A stretch of DNA of 64,000 nucleotides from Chitinophagaceae bacterium (GTDB lineage Bacteria; Bacteroidota; Bacteroidia; Chitinophagales; Chitinophagaceae). The DNA lies in contig JADKAJ010000001.1 in NCBI GenBank assembly GCA_016719165.1, positions 733,669 to 797,668 on the forward strand, in the 5' to 3' direction. The position numbers and the translations under genes were made by a program. Shown one piece after another: positions 38,337 through 48,485 of this stretch. The stretch's first letter is position 1. Every line of letters starts with the position of its first letter. The notes below the pieces were generated by a model. The model saw only the letters and a program-made list of their open reading frames with translations. It ran no database searches and was not told where the DNA came from.

Positions 38337-39506
38337 ATGAGCCTGTATTCAAAAAGAGGAGTTTCTGCCCAAAAAGAAGAAGTGCATGCAGCTACCAAAA
38401 ACCTGGACAAGGGTCTTTATGCCAATGCTTTTTGCAAAATATACCCCGATGTATTGTGTGGAGACGATGCCTGGGTGAATGTGATGCATGCAGATGGTGC
38501 CGGCACTAAAAGTATACTGGCTTATTTATACTGGAAAGAAACCGGTGATGTTTCTGTATGGAAAGGTATAGCACAGGATGCCATCGTCATGAATCTGGAT
38601 GATCTGTTATGCATAGGAATTTATGATAACCTGCTTTTTTCTTCCACGATTGACCGGAACAAGAATGTGATTCCTGCTGAGGTACTCGAAGCAGTGATTA
38701 CCGGAACCCAGGAATTTTTTGATACCATGAAGAGCTTTGGCGTTAATATCAGTTTCATGGGGGGTGAAACGGCTGATGTGGGCGATGTGGTAAGAACGAT
38801 TGCAGTGAACGGAACAATGACTGCCCGCTGGCCTAAATCAAAACTGGTTACCAACGAAAAAATAAAAGCAGGTGATGTGATTGTGGGATTAGCCGGTTAC
38901 GGACAGTCTGATTATGAAACGCAATACAACAGCGGACTGGCCAGCAACGGTCTTACCAGTGCCAGGCATGATGTGTTGCATAAGACGTATGGAGCAAGAT
39001 TCCCGGAGAGTTATGATACTTCATTGGATGAATCGGTTGTTTACATTGGCCCGCACAGAATGACTGATGAAGTGAGGGAAGGAGCTATAAAGTATGAAGT
39101 AGGAAAATTATTACTCTCGCCAACAAGGACATTTGCACCTGTGATGAAAGAATTGCTGGAGAATCATTTTGAGTTCATACACGGACTCATCCATTGCAGT
39201 GGCGGCGGGCAAACCAAATGCCTGAAATATGTACCGGAAAATGTCCGGATTGTAAAGGACAATTTGTTTGAACCTCCCATTATTTTCAAATTGATACAGG
39301 AAGCAAGCAAATCTGACGACAGGGAAATGTACCAGGTGTTTAATATGGGTACCAGGTTAGAGATTTATACCAACGAGAAAGAGGCCGATGCTATTATCGC
39401 TGTTTCAAAAAGATTTGGTGTGGAGGCACAGGTTATAGGCAGGGTGGAGAAAAGTGTAAAGAAGGAGTTGGTAATTTTGAATGCTGGGAAGGAGATAGTT
39501 TTCTGA
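38337..39506 (+). CDS. purM: AIR synthase-related protein (Bacteroidota-type phosphoribosylformylglycinamidine cyclo-ligase)
   Basis: 389 aa with …RGVSAQKEEVHAA…FCKIYPD…MHADGAGTKSILAYLYWKETGD…, which resembles the long Bacteroides-type PurM. Confidence 0.75.
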   Translation: MSLYSKRGVSAQKEEVHAATKNLDKGLYANAFCKIYPDVLCGDDAWVNVMHADGAGTKSILAYLYWKETGDVSVWKGIAQDAIVMNLDDLLCIGIYDNLLFSSTIDRNKNVIPAEVLEAVITGTQEFFDTMKSFGVNISFMGGETADVGDVVRTIAVNGTMTARWPKSKLVTNEKIKAGDVIVGLAGYGQSDYETQYNSGLASNGLTSARHDVLHKTYGARFPESYDTSLDESVVYIGPHRMTDEVREGAIKYEVGKLLLSPTRTFAPVMKELLENHFEFIHGLIHCSGGGQTKCLKYVPENVRIVKDNLFEPPIIFKLIQEASKSDDREMYQVFNMGTRLEIYTNEKEADAIIAVSKRFGVEAQVIGRVEKSVKKELVILNAGKEIVF

Positions 39507-39548
39507 TTTTATTAACCCATATTGCTTTATTTTGCAACAAACCCATAA

Positions 39549-40241
39549 ATGATGTCCGAACCAATCATTGAATTAAAGAATGTAAATATTTACCAGGGTG
39601 ATAACCTTATTTTACAGGATGTAAACCTGACCGTAAACAAGGGAGAGTTTGTTTACCTGGTTGGAAAGACCGGAACCGGTAAATCAAGTCTTTTAAAGAC
39701 TTTATATGGTGAACTGGAATTAAAGGAAGGAGAGGGCACGGTGGCCGGGTTTAACTTGCGGGGCCTTGACTGGAAAAAAGTTCCTTACCTGCGCCGCAAT
39801 CTTGGAGTGGTGTTCCAGGATTTTCAACTGCTGACAGACCGTAATGTGAATGATAATATGAAGTTCGTTCTGAGAGCTACCGGCTGGACAGATGAAAAAC
39901 TGATGAATGAAAAGATAGCAGATGTGCTGGATAAAGTAGGGCTACGTTCAAAAGGGTTTAAAATGCCTTTTGAGCTGAGTGGCGGAGAGCAGCAACGTAT
40001 AGATATCGCAAGGGCTTTATTGAATTCTCCGAAACTTATACTGGCAGATGAGCCTACCGGAAATCTTGATCCTGAAACTTCAGATGAAATTATGAACCTG
40101 CTATTCCAGATTTCAAGGGATTACAACACTACTGTAGTAATGGCTACACATGATTATATCGTGGTACAAAAATTCCCTGCCCGTATGATTCGGACTGAGC
40201 GGGGAAGAGTGGCAGACAATGCTACCATAAGTATTGAATAA
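39549..40241 (+). CDS. ftsE: Cell-division ABC ATPase FtsE-like
   Basis: 230 aa with Walker [10 protein letters not shown], signature LSGGEQQR and Walker B LILADEP. Confidence 0.8.
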   Translation: MMSEPIIELKNVNIYQGDNLILQDVNLTVNKGEFVYLVGKTGTGKSSLLKTLYGELELKEGEGTVAGFNLRGLDWKKVPYLRRNLGVVFQDFQLLTDRNVNDNMKFVLRATGWTDEKLMNEKIADVLDKVGLRSKGFKMPFELSGGEQQRIDIARALLNSPKLILADEPTGNLDPETSDEIMNLLFQISRDYNTTVVMATHDYIVVQKFPARMIRTERGRVADNATISIE

Positions 40242-41346
40242 GCTGTTTTGTATTCAACGCATTGTTATAAGTATTGCCCAGCAAATTTTCTCTCAACCTG
40301 ATTTCTTCTGTTGTAAAAGGCTGATGATGTAGTTGCATGATAATAGCTGCAATGGCATTGGCATTGGTACCAATATGGCAAGCCGCTTCAAGACCAGTGC
40401 CATTAACCATTGCTTCATTGGTAACACAGTGCCGGCCTTCAAACAGGGCATGCAGCAGTTTTATCTTGATGCCCGTATTGCTGAAAGAGGGTAGAATATT
40501 AATGTGGGCTTTTTTTACGAGGTCATTTATTTCGGTATCTGTCGGGTTTGCCACCAGGCAGGTATGCTGGTACAGATGTGACAGTTTATCTACCCGTTTT
40601 GAAGGATTTTTTCCTGCAATCACAAAGGGCACTTTTATTTTAGAAAAAACCTTGGTCAGCAACCAGGTAGCTGCTTTTTCATTTTCAGGTACTGAAAGAT
40701 TGCCATGATAAAGGCAAAAATTACCAATACCTTCTGAAGAGTTTATCTTTTCATACGGAGTATAGGCCGGAAGAAAGAAACTATTTTTCAATCCATGCTG
40801 TTCCCTGAAATGAGCTTCATCTTTTGTTGTAATACAGGCATAGAGGTACTGCGGTGGCAGTGAATGTTCATACTTACCCAGCAAGTGGCTCTCGTAACGG
40901 AAATATATTTTTTTAAATATATTTTTTTCAACGGATGATAATTGTTTGTAATAATCGGCTTCATCATTATGTAAACGTACTATCACTTTTCTATTACCGG
41001 TATTGAGCTGCGGTAATATACCTGTACAATGCACCCCTTCCAATAAGATGGGGTGATTGTCTTTATTCAGTTTTGTGATCAATTCTTGATTTATCCTGGA
41101 AGAAACGATATAGGGTTTTGAGAATGAAAAGCCTTTATGTCCTGTTTTTCTTTCGTACACATGTATTGACTCACAATACTGGTTAAGCTCATTGGGATTG
41201 CCACGGTGATTATAAGAGAAATAATGGAGGTGAATCTTAATTCCGGCATTATACAGCGACTCGATTCTGTAAAGCATATCAATGGCACCGCCGTAATCGG
41301 CAGGTGAGGGTACATCAAGGCATACTATATGTAAATGTCTGTTCAA
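40222..41346 (-). CDS. Glycosyltransferase (GT-B fold, family 1/4-like)
   Basis: 374 aa with …DVPSPADYGGAIDMLYRIESL… It overlaps the next GT gene by 4 nt, and its 3' end overlaps the ftsE 3' end by 20 nt. Confidence 0.7.
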   Translation of the reverse strand: MNRHLHIVCLDVPSPADYGGAIDMLYRIESLYNAGIKIHLHYFSYNHRGNPNELNQYCESIHVYERKTGHKGFSFSKPYIVSSRINQELITKLNKDNHPILLEGVHCTGILPQLNTGNRKVIVRLHNDEADYYKQLSSVEKNIFKKIYFRYESHLLGKYEHSLPPQYLYACITTKDEAHFREQHGLKNSFFLPAYTPYEKINSSEGIGNFCLYHGNLSVPENEKAATWLLTKVFSKIKVPFVIAGKNPSKRVDKLSHLYQHTCLVANPTDTEINDLVKKAHINILPSFSNTGIKIKLLHALFEGRHCVTNEAMVNGTGLEAACHIGTNANAIAAIIMQLHHQPFTTEEIRLRENLLGNTYNNALNTKQLIQYLW

Positions 41347-42434
41347 TATGTTAAAACTGATTGATAAAAGGAGAGCAGTTTTCTTTCTTCCTGCTGCCAG
41401 TTTAATTCCTGTCTTGCTATCAGGCAGTTTTCTTTCAGTCTCCTATGTAAAACATCGTCGACCAGTAAATTGTTGATAGCAGCAGCAATTCTTTTAGGGG
41501 CAAGGTTATCAATTAAAACGGCAACTTCAAATTGTTTGTTCATTTTCCGGTATTCAGGGTAGTCCACTGTTACCTGTGGCAATCCAGCATGTATGTAATC
41601 AAAAAATTTATTGGGCAAGGCAAGGTATTGGTTCAGGCCTTCTTTTTCGGGTACAGCCACTCCTATATACGCCAGTTGAGCGATTTTTCCTAAAGCGGAC
41701 GGTGCTAACATACCTTTCAGTTCAATTTTATCTTGCAGCTGATAGTCACTGATCAGTTTCTTTAACTGGGGCATAAAATTTCCATCGCCACAGATTACCA
41801 GCCTGGCATTGATCCATTGCATGGCCGGAATAAGGTATTCAAATCCCCTGGCCTGGTTCACTGCTCCCTGGTAAAGGATGAATTTTTCTGTAGTTACCAT
41901 GTTATCCAGTTCCTGCAATAAAGGCACATTACGGATAGTCTTATAGTTTACTCCATATCGTCGGTGAAATTCTACTGCAATACTTTCACTTACGGTATAT
42001 CCCCATTTGAATTTTGGCACTGCTTTCTTTTCTATACGCTGCCATATTTTTTGTATGCCCGGCCGGCTGATCACTTCCTTTAATTCAGAAAAAAATTCGT
42101 GGGCATCATAGATACGGGTAATTTTCTTACACCTGGAAATATACAGGCAGGGAATTATCGTGTCCAGGTCTATAGCACAAATGGCATCCATCTTCTTGAA
42201 TAGCAAAAAAAAGAACAAGCGGATATTATATTCAGCATAAAAAAATTTTCCTTTTATCCAAAAGCAGCGGATACGTTCCTGTTTAAATTTTTTTTCTGCC
42301 AGTGGGAGTGAGGAAGGCAGTTTTCTTCCAACCAGGGTTATGTCATAGCCGTTTTCTGCCAGCGTCGTGCAGATACGGTGCATTCGCTGGTCATAAATAA
42401 GGTCGTTGGTAACAGTAAAATAGATCCGTTTCAA
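41343..42434 (-). CDS. Glycosyltransferase (GT-B fold, family 1/4-like)
   Basis: 363 aa. It looks like a GT-B protein and forms an operon with the downstream GT gene. Confidence 0.7.
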   Translation of the reverse strand: MKRIYFTVTNDLIYDQRMHRICTTLAENGYDITLVGRKLPSSLPLAEKKFKQERIRCFWIKGKFFYAEYNIRLFFFLLFKKMDAICAIDLDTIIPCLYISRCKKITRIYDAHEFFSELKEVISRPGIQKIWQRIEKKAVPKFKWGYTVSESIAVEFHRRYGVNYKTIRNVPLLQELDNMVTTEKFILYQGAVNQARGFEYLIPAMQWINARLVICGDGNFMPQLKKLISDYQLQDKIELKGMLAPSALGKIAQLAYIGVAVPEKEGLNQYLALPNKFFDYIHAGLPQVTVDYPEYRKMNKQFEVAVLIDNLAPKRIAAAINNLLVDDVLHRRLKENCLIARQELNWQQEERKLLSFYQSVLTY

Positions 42435-42514
42435 ATAAAGACTTAATAATTGTTGCCAGAAAAGAAAAGGTTTTGCAAATATGCAAAACCTTACACTCTT
42501 AATCTATAAATTTT

Positions 42515-45160
42515 CTATTGTGGTCTCATGTTCATGCCATCCATCCCGTTTTGATCTTCCTGGCCTTTATTACTCTTTCTTTTGAAGAGTGATGCATCAA
42601 ACTTTCCAAAACGCCAATTGAAATTTATACGCAATATCTGCGGGTCACGGCGACGGAACACATCCTGAATGAAAAAAGGAGATTCAGAGTGAATATCCGA
42701 TACCCTAGTCCTGAAGATATCACTCATGTTGACAGATAAGGAGGCCCTGTTATCTTTTAAGAAATTATATCGGATAGCGGCATCAACGTAGTAAACCGGC
42801 TTAACATAACCCTGTGCAGAAGTACTTTGACCAAACATTCCACCACCCATTCCACCTCCGCCACGTCCACCACCACCACTTCCACCGGGAGGCAGAATAG
42901 ATTTTGACTGGTAGCTTCCTGATAACTGAAAGCTAAGGTTCTTGGATGCCTTAAAATTATTATTGATCTTAACAAACCAGCTGGCAAACTGATCCTGTTC
43001 TGGTATGGAAGGGATATCGATGTCGATCTTTGATGTAAACAGGTTAAAATTGCTGGTAAGCTCCCACCATTTGGTGATATTATTTTTTAAGGTCATTTCC
43101 AAGCCTGTTACGTAACTGGAATTGGCGTTGATAAACGTATTAATGATCACGTCTTTTCCTGTTCCTGGCTCTGTTTGAATTTCCTGGTAACGGGTAATCA
43201 GGTCATTGGTATTTTTATAATATACAGAAAGCAATAAATTATCCCTGTTCTTAAAAATCTTCTGGTAGGATAATTCCAGTGAATTGGTGAATTCAGGATT
43301 CAACCCGGGATTTCCTTTACTCAGGTTCAAGAAATCGGTTGAATCAGTAAATGGAGACAACTGCCAGAAATTAGGACGGTTAATTCTCCTGGAATAATTC
43401 AACTGCAACTCCTGTTCATTTTTTAATTTCTGACTGAGGAAAGCACTGGGGAATAAACTTACCGGGAAATCTATATCGAATTTTTCACTGGTGTTGGTAA
43501 GTTCACCCTGGTAGTTAGAACTTTCAACACGAAGTCCCAACTGGTATCCAAAATTATTGATCCGGTTACTAAAAGTAGTATATGCTGCCAGCACCCTGTC
43601 ATTACTGACATAGTCCACCTGTGAAGCTGGCTGAAGGGTTAATGTACCTGTCACCGGGTCAACAGTATAGAAAGCATTGGTACTTGTGTTTTCATTAAAA
43701 GCAGCCCTTACACCCAATTCAAGTTTTGACTTATCACTGAGGGGGTTTACAAAATCACCTTGCAAAATGATACTAGTGTTATCCCCGTCACCTATTTGTC
43801 TTTGTCGTTGAATATTTTTTATGGTAGTCAGATCGGGATTGTAAAATTCAGTAGTGATTAAATTATCATTTGGTCCGGTTCTGCCCCTGTAATTAATGTC
43901 AGCAGTTAGTTCCCGGCCTGCTTTTGGAAAATTATGTTTGAAATTCAATGAAGCACCAAGATTATTGAACTCCCTGCTCATATCTGAAAAACGTTTGGTA
44001 AGTGAGGTAACAACAGGGGAGCTTAATGTATCAGTCAGCAGGTTACTAATATTTATCGGATTAAACTTTCCACTTCCCAGGTTTACACTTGCAGAAAGGG
44101 TTGAACGGTTGGTCATGAAGTAATCAATACCTGCACGACCAAACAAAAAGTTGCCGTCAAATTCTGACCTGTCATCCTGGAATAAAAAATTATTCGGGTT
44201 TTCAATCAGGGATAACCTTTCCGTAGTTCCGGTGCTTATTGATCTGCGCTGATTAAAATTTCCACTCATGAAAACATTGATCTTATTCTGTCTTACATTG
44301 ATATCGCCACCTAAACCAATCCTTGCCCGGCTATCAATATTTGTTCTGAGGCTTCCATTGTATCCCACTTTTCTGTTTTTCTTCAATACAATATTCAGTA
44401 TACCGGCTGTACCACCGGAGGCGTCAAATTTAGCGGAGGGGTTTGTGATGATCTCAACACTTTCAATAGCATCCGCAGGGATTTGATCTAGTTCCATGGT
44501 GGTTGGACGGCCATCTACAAATATTTGCGGTGCATTATTACGAAGGGAAACATTTCCATCGATATCCACATTAAGAGAGGGGACATTTCTCATGATATCA
44601 ACAGCAGTACCACCAGCGGAAACAATATTCTTATCTACATTAAATACTTTTCTGTCAATACCCAGTTGGAGGCTTGGCTTTTCAGAAGTCACGGTTACAT
44701 TTTCAAGTACTTTATCTTCAATATCTATTTTAATATTACCAAGGTCTTTATCCAATGTACTCATCATGGCAGTCATATCACCGTTATTGGTACCACTGGG
44801 TTTCATATCGAATGAAACAGTCTGTTCATAAGGTTTAAAACCAACTATACTTACTTGTAATTTGAACTGGCCAAAAACAGGAATATTTTCTAGACGGAAC
44901 TCACCATTATGCTTTGTTAGCATACCAGCTACTACAACTTCTTTTCGTTTTTTTGAGACCGAATCAAACCTGTTTTGCAATAACTGTACGGAGGCGTATT
45001 CGATAGGCTTTAAAGATTTGGCTTCAATTAGCTTTCCGTAAAAGGAACCTGTCATTTGGGTCCGGCCCGCACCCGGCCTATTGCCAGCACCCGAAGGCGC
45101 CTGGGCGGAAGATATATAAGTGATTAATAATGAGGACAATGCAATAATAATATTTCTCAT
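42515..45160 (-). CDS. Outer-membrane beta-barrel family protein (TonB-dependent-receptor-like, CarboxypepD_reg N-terminus)
   Basis: The start is taken at MRNIIIALSSLLITYISSAQA. It has a CarboxypepD_reg-like module, a plug-like region (…VEIITNPSAKFDASG…), a long barrel and a Gly-rich loop (GGSGGGGRGGGGMGGGMFG) near the C-terminus. Confidence 0.8.
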   Translation of the reverse strand: MRNIIIALSSLLITYISSAQAPSGAGNRPGAGRTQMTGSFYGKLIEAKSLKPIEYASVQLLQNRFDSVSKKRKEVVVAGMLTKHNGEFRLENIPVFGQFKLQVSIVGFKPYEQTVSFDMKPSGTNNGDMTAMMSTLDKDLGNIKIDIEDKVLENVTVTSEKPSLQLGIDRKVFNVDKNIVSAGGTAVDIMRNVPSLNVDIDGNVSLRNNAPQIFVDGRPTTMELDQIPADAIESVEIITNPSAKFDASGGTAGILNIVLKKNRKVGYNGSLRTNIDSRARIGLGGDINVRQNKINVFMSGNFNQRRSISTGTTERLSLIENPNNFLFQDDRSEFDGNFLFGRAGIDYFMTNRSTLSASVNLGSGKFNPINISNLLTDTLSSPVVTSLTKRFSDMSREFNNLGASLNFKHNFPKAGRELTADINYRGRTGPNDNLITTEFYNPDLTTIKNIQRQRQIGDGDNTSIILQGDFVNPLSDKSKLELGVRAAFNENTSTNAFYTVDPVTGTLTLQPASQVDYVSNDRVLAAYTTFSNRINNFGYQLGLRVESSNYQGELTNTSEKFDIDFPVSLFPSAFLSQKLKNEQELQLNYSRRINRPNFWQLSPFTDSTDFLNLSKGNPGLNPEFTNSLELSYQKIFKNRDNLLLSVYYKNTNDLITRYQEIQTEPGTGKDVIINTFINANSSYVTGLEMTLKNNITKWWELTSNFNLFTSKIDIDIPSIPEQDQFASWFVKINNNFKASKNLSFQLSGSYQSKSILPPGGSGGGGRGGGGMGGGMFGQSTSAQGYVKPVYYVDAAIRYNFLKDNRASLSVNMSDIFRTRVSDIHSESPFFIQDVFRRRDPQILRINFNWRFGKFDASLFKRKSNKGQEDQNGMDGMNMRPQ

Positions 45161-45286
45161 TTCTCTGATTTGTTTATTAGACGTGTAAAGGTGTCCGAAC
45201 TTGCTGACGTTCTTATGACAACTTGATGAATGGCAGTATGACAACCATGAAGGGGAAAAGTTCGGTTTCCAACCCTTTTGAGATAA

Positions 45287-45892
45287 TTACATAGTAAGCT
45301 GGGTGATTAATATTTGTACCAGGCCAATAATGAAACCAATGACAGCGCCAATGATCTCAACAAACCTGAATTCTTTTGACATGATCTGGTAAAGGACTTC
45401 TTCCAGTTTGTCGGATGAAAAACCGGCCACTTTCTGGATAACAATATGTTCAAGATCCAATTCAGTTTTTAGATTAGCAGCATATTGTTTCATAACAATT
45501 GGGAACAGCAATTCAATCTCGGTCATGAACGCACTTTTCAGTTTGGTGATTGTTTTATCGCCAATGAACATACTGATAACAGGCATTTCAACGCTTAACC
45601 TGTTGCGGAGAAAATCATCAATATGATTTTCTATCATCGGCATAATTTTTTTCAGGTTATCCGGGCTGCTGATCTTTTGTTCAATGTCTTCAAAGGAAAG
45701 GAACTCGTCGCTGACAAGTTTCCCTAATTTTTCAGCAAATTGTTGTTGCCTTTTTGGGAAAATGCCCTGGATCGTGATGCCCAATATCTTTTTGGGTTCC
45801 CTTGGGTGAAAGAGCATTTTAATGGCTACCCAGTTTGTAACCCAGCCAATAAAAGCAGAAATAACAGGAATAATAAACAGCCAATAGTTCAT
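45287..45892 (-). CDS. DUF445-family membrane protein
   Basis: The start is taken at MNYWLFIIPVISAFIGWVTNWVAIKMLFHP (a typical DUF445 N-terminus). The longer ORF to 45982 runs into tRNA-His. Confidence 0.75.
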   Translation of the reverse strand: MNYWLFIIPVISAFIGWVTNWVAIKMLFHPREPKKILGITIQGIFPKRQQQFAEKLGKLVSDEFLSFEDIEQKISSPDNLKKIMPMIENHIDDFLRNRLSVEMPVISMFIGDKTITKLKSAFMTEIELLFPIVMKQYAANLKTELDLEHIVIQKVAGFSSDKLEEVLYQIMSKEFRFVEIIGAVIGFIIGLVQILITQLTM

Positions 45893-45909
45893 ACAAAAAT
45901 TATAAAATG

Positions 45910-45939
45910 AAACCCCGTTTCGTTTGAAACGGGGTTTTT
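45910..45939 (-). terminator. Perfect 12-bp hairpin between tRNA-His and the DUF445 gene
   Basis: AAACCCCGTTTC-GTTT-GAAACGGGGTTT. On the minus strand it is followed by TTTCATTTTATA, and it lies 17 nt upstream of the DUF445 start codon. Confidence 0.55.
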
Positions 45940-45942
45940 GGG

Positions 45943-46017
45943 GGTGGCTAACCGGGCTCGAACCGGCGACCCTCAGAACCACAATCTGATGCTCTAACCA
46001 ACTGAGCTATAACCACC
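45943..46017 (-). tRNA. tRNA-His (anticodon GTG) with genomically encoded G-1
   Basis: The reverse complement is G-GTGGTTA-TA-GCTC-AGTTGGTTA-GAGC-A-TCAGA-TTGTGGT-TCTGA-GGGTC-GCCGG-TTCGAGC-CCGGT-TAGCCAC-C. It forms a full cloverleaf with discriminator C opposite G-1 and has no encoded CCA. Confidence 0.92.
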
Positions 46018-46073
46018 ATTTTATTCGCCTTTCCGGCAGATACCGGGATAAACAACAGCGAATTATGCGGCTG

Positions 46074-46081
46074 CAAAAATA
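46074..46081 (-). promoter_or_regulatory. -7 promoter box (TATTTTTG on the minus strand), candidate tRNA-His promoter
   Basis: The reverse complement of caaaaata matches TAnnTTTG, about 57 nt upstream of the tRNA 5' end. Confidence 0.35.
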
Positions 46082-46231
46082 AGAAAAATGAATGCTCTCA
46101 AAAAATAAAAGAACGTATTCTTTCGATAATCCCAATCCTGGTAGCGAAAGATTACTATTAATCTTATTAAACCACTTATCAAAAACCATTGTTAAAAGGC
46201 TGTAAAAGCAAGAAAAACAGGCTTTTTGCGT

Positions 46232-46239
46232 TATTTTTG
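46232..46239 (+). promoter_or_regulatory. -7 promoter box (TATTTTTG) for the S41 peptidase gene
   Basis: TAnnTTTG match only 5 nt before the first ATG (46245). This argues for the ATG at 46275 as the real start. Confidence 0.4.
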
Positions 46240-46274
46240 ATAACATGTCCAATATATTTAAATACCTGATGAAT

Positions 46275-48425
46275 ATGAAAAGACTCCCTATTGTGATTTT
46301 GATGGTGGTGGCAGCTTCTTTCCTGGCTTTTAATTCCATGGGAAAAAGTACCCGTTCCCTTCCTCCCGGTAACTATGAGAAAATAATGAAACTGGTAGGG
46401 GAAATGCTTTCCCAGGGTCACTACAGTCCACAATCAATTAATGATGCCTTTTCCAAAAAAGTGTTCAAAAAATTTGTCACTGACCTGGATCCGGATAAAA
46501 ATATTTTCCTCCAAAGCGATATAGATGCACTGAAAAAATTTGAAACCAAAGTGGATGATGAAGTAAAAGGGGCTATCGTTGAATTCCCTTTGGCTGCCGG
46601 AAAGATTTTCAACAAAAGAGTAGAAGAGTCTTCCGTTCTGTACAATGAAATATTATCATCGGCATTTGATTTTACGGTGAATGAAGAGGTGTTGCTTGAT
46701 GCCGACCAGGTCGGATTTACAGTCAATGCAACTGAACAAAAGGAAAGATGGAGAAAGAAGCTGAAGTTTATGACATTGGAACGTTATGCTGACCTGCTGG
46801 AAAGCCGGGAAAAGAATAAAGGGAAAGAAGGGTTTGTGGTAAAAACCGATGAGGAACTGGAAAAAGATGCCCGTGAAAGAGTGAAAAAAATCATGGACAG
46901 AACTTTTGAACGTTACCGTTTCAAATTCAATGATGATGATAAATTCAATATGTATGTAAATGCCATTACTACGACGATGGATCCGCATACTGAATTCTTT
47001 CCCCCGGTTGATAAAAGATATTTTGATGAGGAAATGAGTGGCCGTTTCTTTGGTATCGGTGCTTCCCTCCAGTATGAAGATGGTAATATTAAGATTGCCA
47101 GCGTACTTACAGGAAGTCCTGCCTATAAATCAGGAGAATTGCAGGCAGGCGATATTATTCAGAAAGTGGCACAGGGTAAGGAAGAACCGGTTGACCTGAC
47201 CGGTTATCTTGTTACAGATGCGGTAAAAGTGATCCGTGGTAAGAAAGGAACAGAAGTACGGTTAACAGTTAAGAAATTAGATGGTACTGTTAAAATAGTG
47301 TCGCTTGTCCGTGATGAGATCGTACAGGACGAATCATTTGCACGCAGTGCGATTGTAAATGAAGGCGGTTCAAAAGTGGGTTATATATTCCTGCCTGAAT
47401 TTTATGCAGACTTTGACCGTCCTAATGGTAACCGCAGCTACATTGATGTGGCCAAAGAAGTAACTAAACTAAAAGAAGAAAAAGTAGATGGTATTGTTAT
47501 CGACCTGCGCAATAATGGGGGAGGTTCTTTATATGATGTGGTGCAGATGGCCGGCTTATTTATAGAAGATGGCCCTATCGTGCAGGTAAAGGACCGGGAC
47601 AATAAACCAAGTGTATTAAAAGATAAGGACAGAAATGTATTGTATTCAGGTCCGCTGGCAGTAATGGTTAATGAATTCAGTGCTTCGGCGTCTGAAATAT
47701 TTGCGGCGGCAATACAGGATTATGGCCGCGGTATTGTTATCGGAAGTACGTCTACTTATGGAAAAGGTACCGTGCAAAGAAATATCGGGCTGGATCCGGA
47801 AAATGGTTTTTCCATGTCTAACTCAGAACTGGGAACTATAAAACTTACCCTGCAGAAATTTTACCGTATCAATGGAGGTTCCACCCAATTGAAAGGAGTT
47901 ACTTCAGATATTATATTACCGGATAATCTTGAATACCTTAAAGTGAGAGAAAAAGACAGCGAGGATGCGTTGCCATGGGATGAGATATCCAAAGCGACTT
48001 ACAATACATGGAATGCCGGGTATAGCCTTGAAACCATCAAGCAATTAAGCAATATGCGTTTGGAGAATGATCCCACTTTCCGGTTAATTGGTGAAACAAC
48101 AGAATGGTTATCCAGGCAAAGTGAAAAGAAATATTCCCTGCAACTGGAAAAATACCGTAAGGACCAGGAAAAGATCAGGTCCAGTGTTAAACAACTGGAG
48201 TCATTATTGAAACTGAAAGGACAACTGGATGTTACTGCATTACCTGCAGAACAAAACCGATGGGCAGAAGATAAACCAAAGCAGGAGCGTTTTCAGCAAT
48301 GGCTAAAGAGCCTGCAAAAAGATATTTATCTTGACCAGGCCCTAAAAGTGATGAATGATATGATTGGTCAGCAAAACCTGGTGAAAAGTAAAACAACGGA
48401 AGAACCTGTGAAGAAAGCATTTTAA
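46275..48425 (+). CDS. Carboxy-terminal processing (tail-specific) peptidase, family S41
   Basis: Signal peptide MKRLPIVILMVVAASFLAFNS, a PDZ region (…IASVLTGSPAYKSGELQAGDII…) and a catalytic region (DLRNNGGGS…NEFSASASEIFAAAIQDYGRG…GKGTVQ). The ORF opens at 46245. Confidence 0.85.
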   Translation: MKRLPIVILMVVAASFLAFNSMGKSTRSLPPGNYEKIMKLVGEMLSQGHYSPQSINDAFSKKVFKKFVTDLDPDKNIFLQSDIDALKKFETKVDDEVKGAIVEFPLAAGKIFNKRVEESSVLYNEILSSAFDFTVNEEVLLDADQVGFTVNATEQKERWRKKLKFMTLERYADLLESREKNKGKEGFVVKTDEELEKDARERVKKIMDRTFERYRFKFNDDDKFNMYVNAITTTMDPHTEFFPPVDKRYFDEEMSGRFFGIGASLQYEDGNIKIASVLTGSPAYKSGELQAGDIIQKVAQGKEEPVDLTGYLVTDAVKVIRGKKGTEVRLTVKKLDGTVKIVSLVRDEIVQDESFARSAIVNEGGSKVGYIFLPEFYADFDRPNGNRSYIDVAKEVTKLKEEKVDGIVIDLRNNGGGSLYDVVQMAGLFIEDGPIVQVKDRDNKPSVLKDKDRNVLYSGPLAVMVNEFSASASEIFAAAIQDYGRGIVIGSTSTYGKGTVQRNIGLDPENGFSMSNSELGTIKLTLQKFYRINGGSTQLKGVTSDIILPDNLEYLKVREKDSEDALPWDEISKATYNTWNAGYSLETIKQLSNMRLENDPTFRLIGETTEWLSRQSEKKYSLQLEKYRKDQEKIRSSVKQLESLLKLKGQLDVTALPAEQNRWAEDKPKQERFQQWLKSLQKDIYLDQALKVMNDMIGQQNLVKSKTTEEPVKKAF

Positions 48426-48440
48426 AAATATTTAGTAATA

Positions 48441-48474
48441 AAAAAGGCGATGCAGCAAGGCATCGCCTTTTTTA
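48441..48474. terminator. Bidirectional rho-independent terminator
   Basis: GGCGATGC-AGCAAG-GCATCGCC flanked by an A5 run and a T6 run. It lies between convergent genes. Confidence 0.8.
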
Positions 48475-48485
48475 TTACCTGTTGT

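Noticed and set aside
40222-40241. 20-nt overlap of convergent ftsE and glycosyltransferase 3' ends as a regulatory feature
   Set aside because: Short convergent overlaps are common, and no hairpin or other signal was seen.
42835-42900. Gly-rich insert (GGSGGGGRGGGGMGGGMFG) in the outer-membrane barrel protein as a novel feature
   Set aside because: Poly-Gly/Arg loops near the C-terminus are, as far as I recall, a common trait of this OMP_b-brl_3-type family in Bacteroidota. It is probably a flexible loop rather than anything new.
45893-45982. N-terminal extension of the DUF445 ORF (MVLRVAGSSPVSHPQKPRF…)
   Set aside because: The extension is translated from the tRNA-His sequence and the 12-bp hairpin. 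The ATG at 45892 gives the canonical DUF445 N-terminus.
46007-46433. Minus-strand ORFs of 110 and 84 aa
   Set aside because: They overlap tRNA-His and/or the 5' end of the S41 peptidase gene on the opposite strand, and their sequence is not protein-like.
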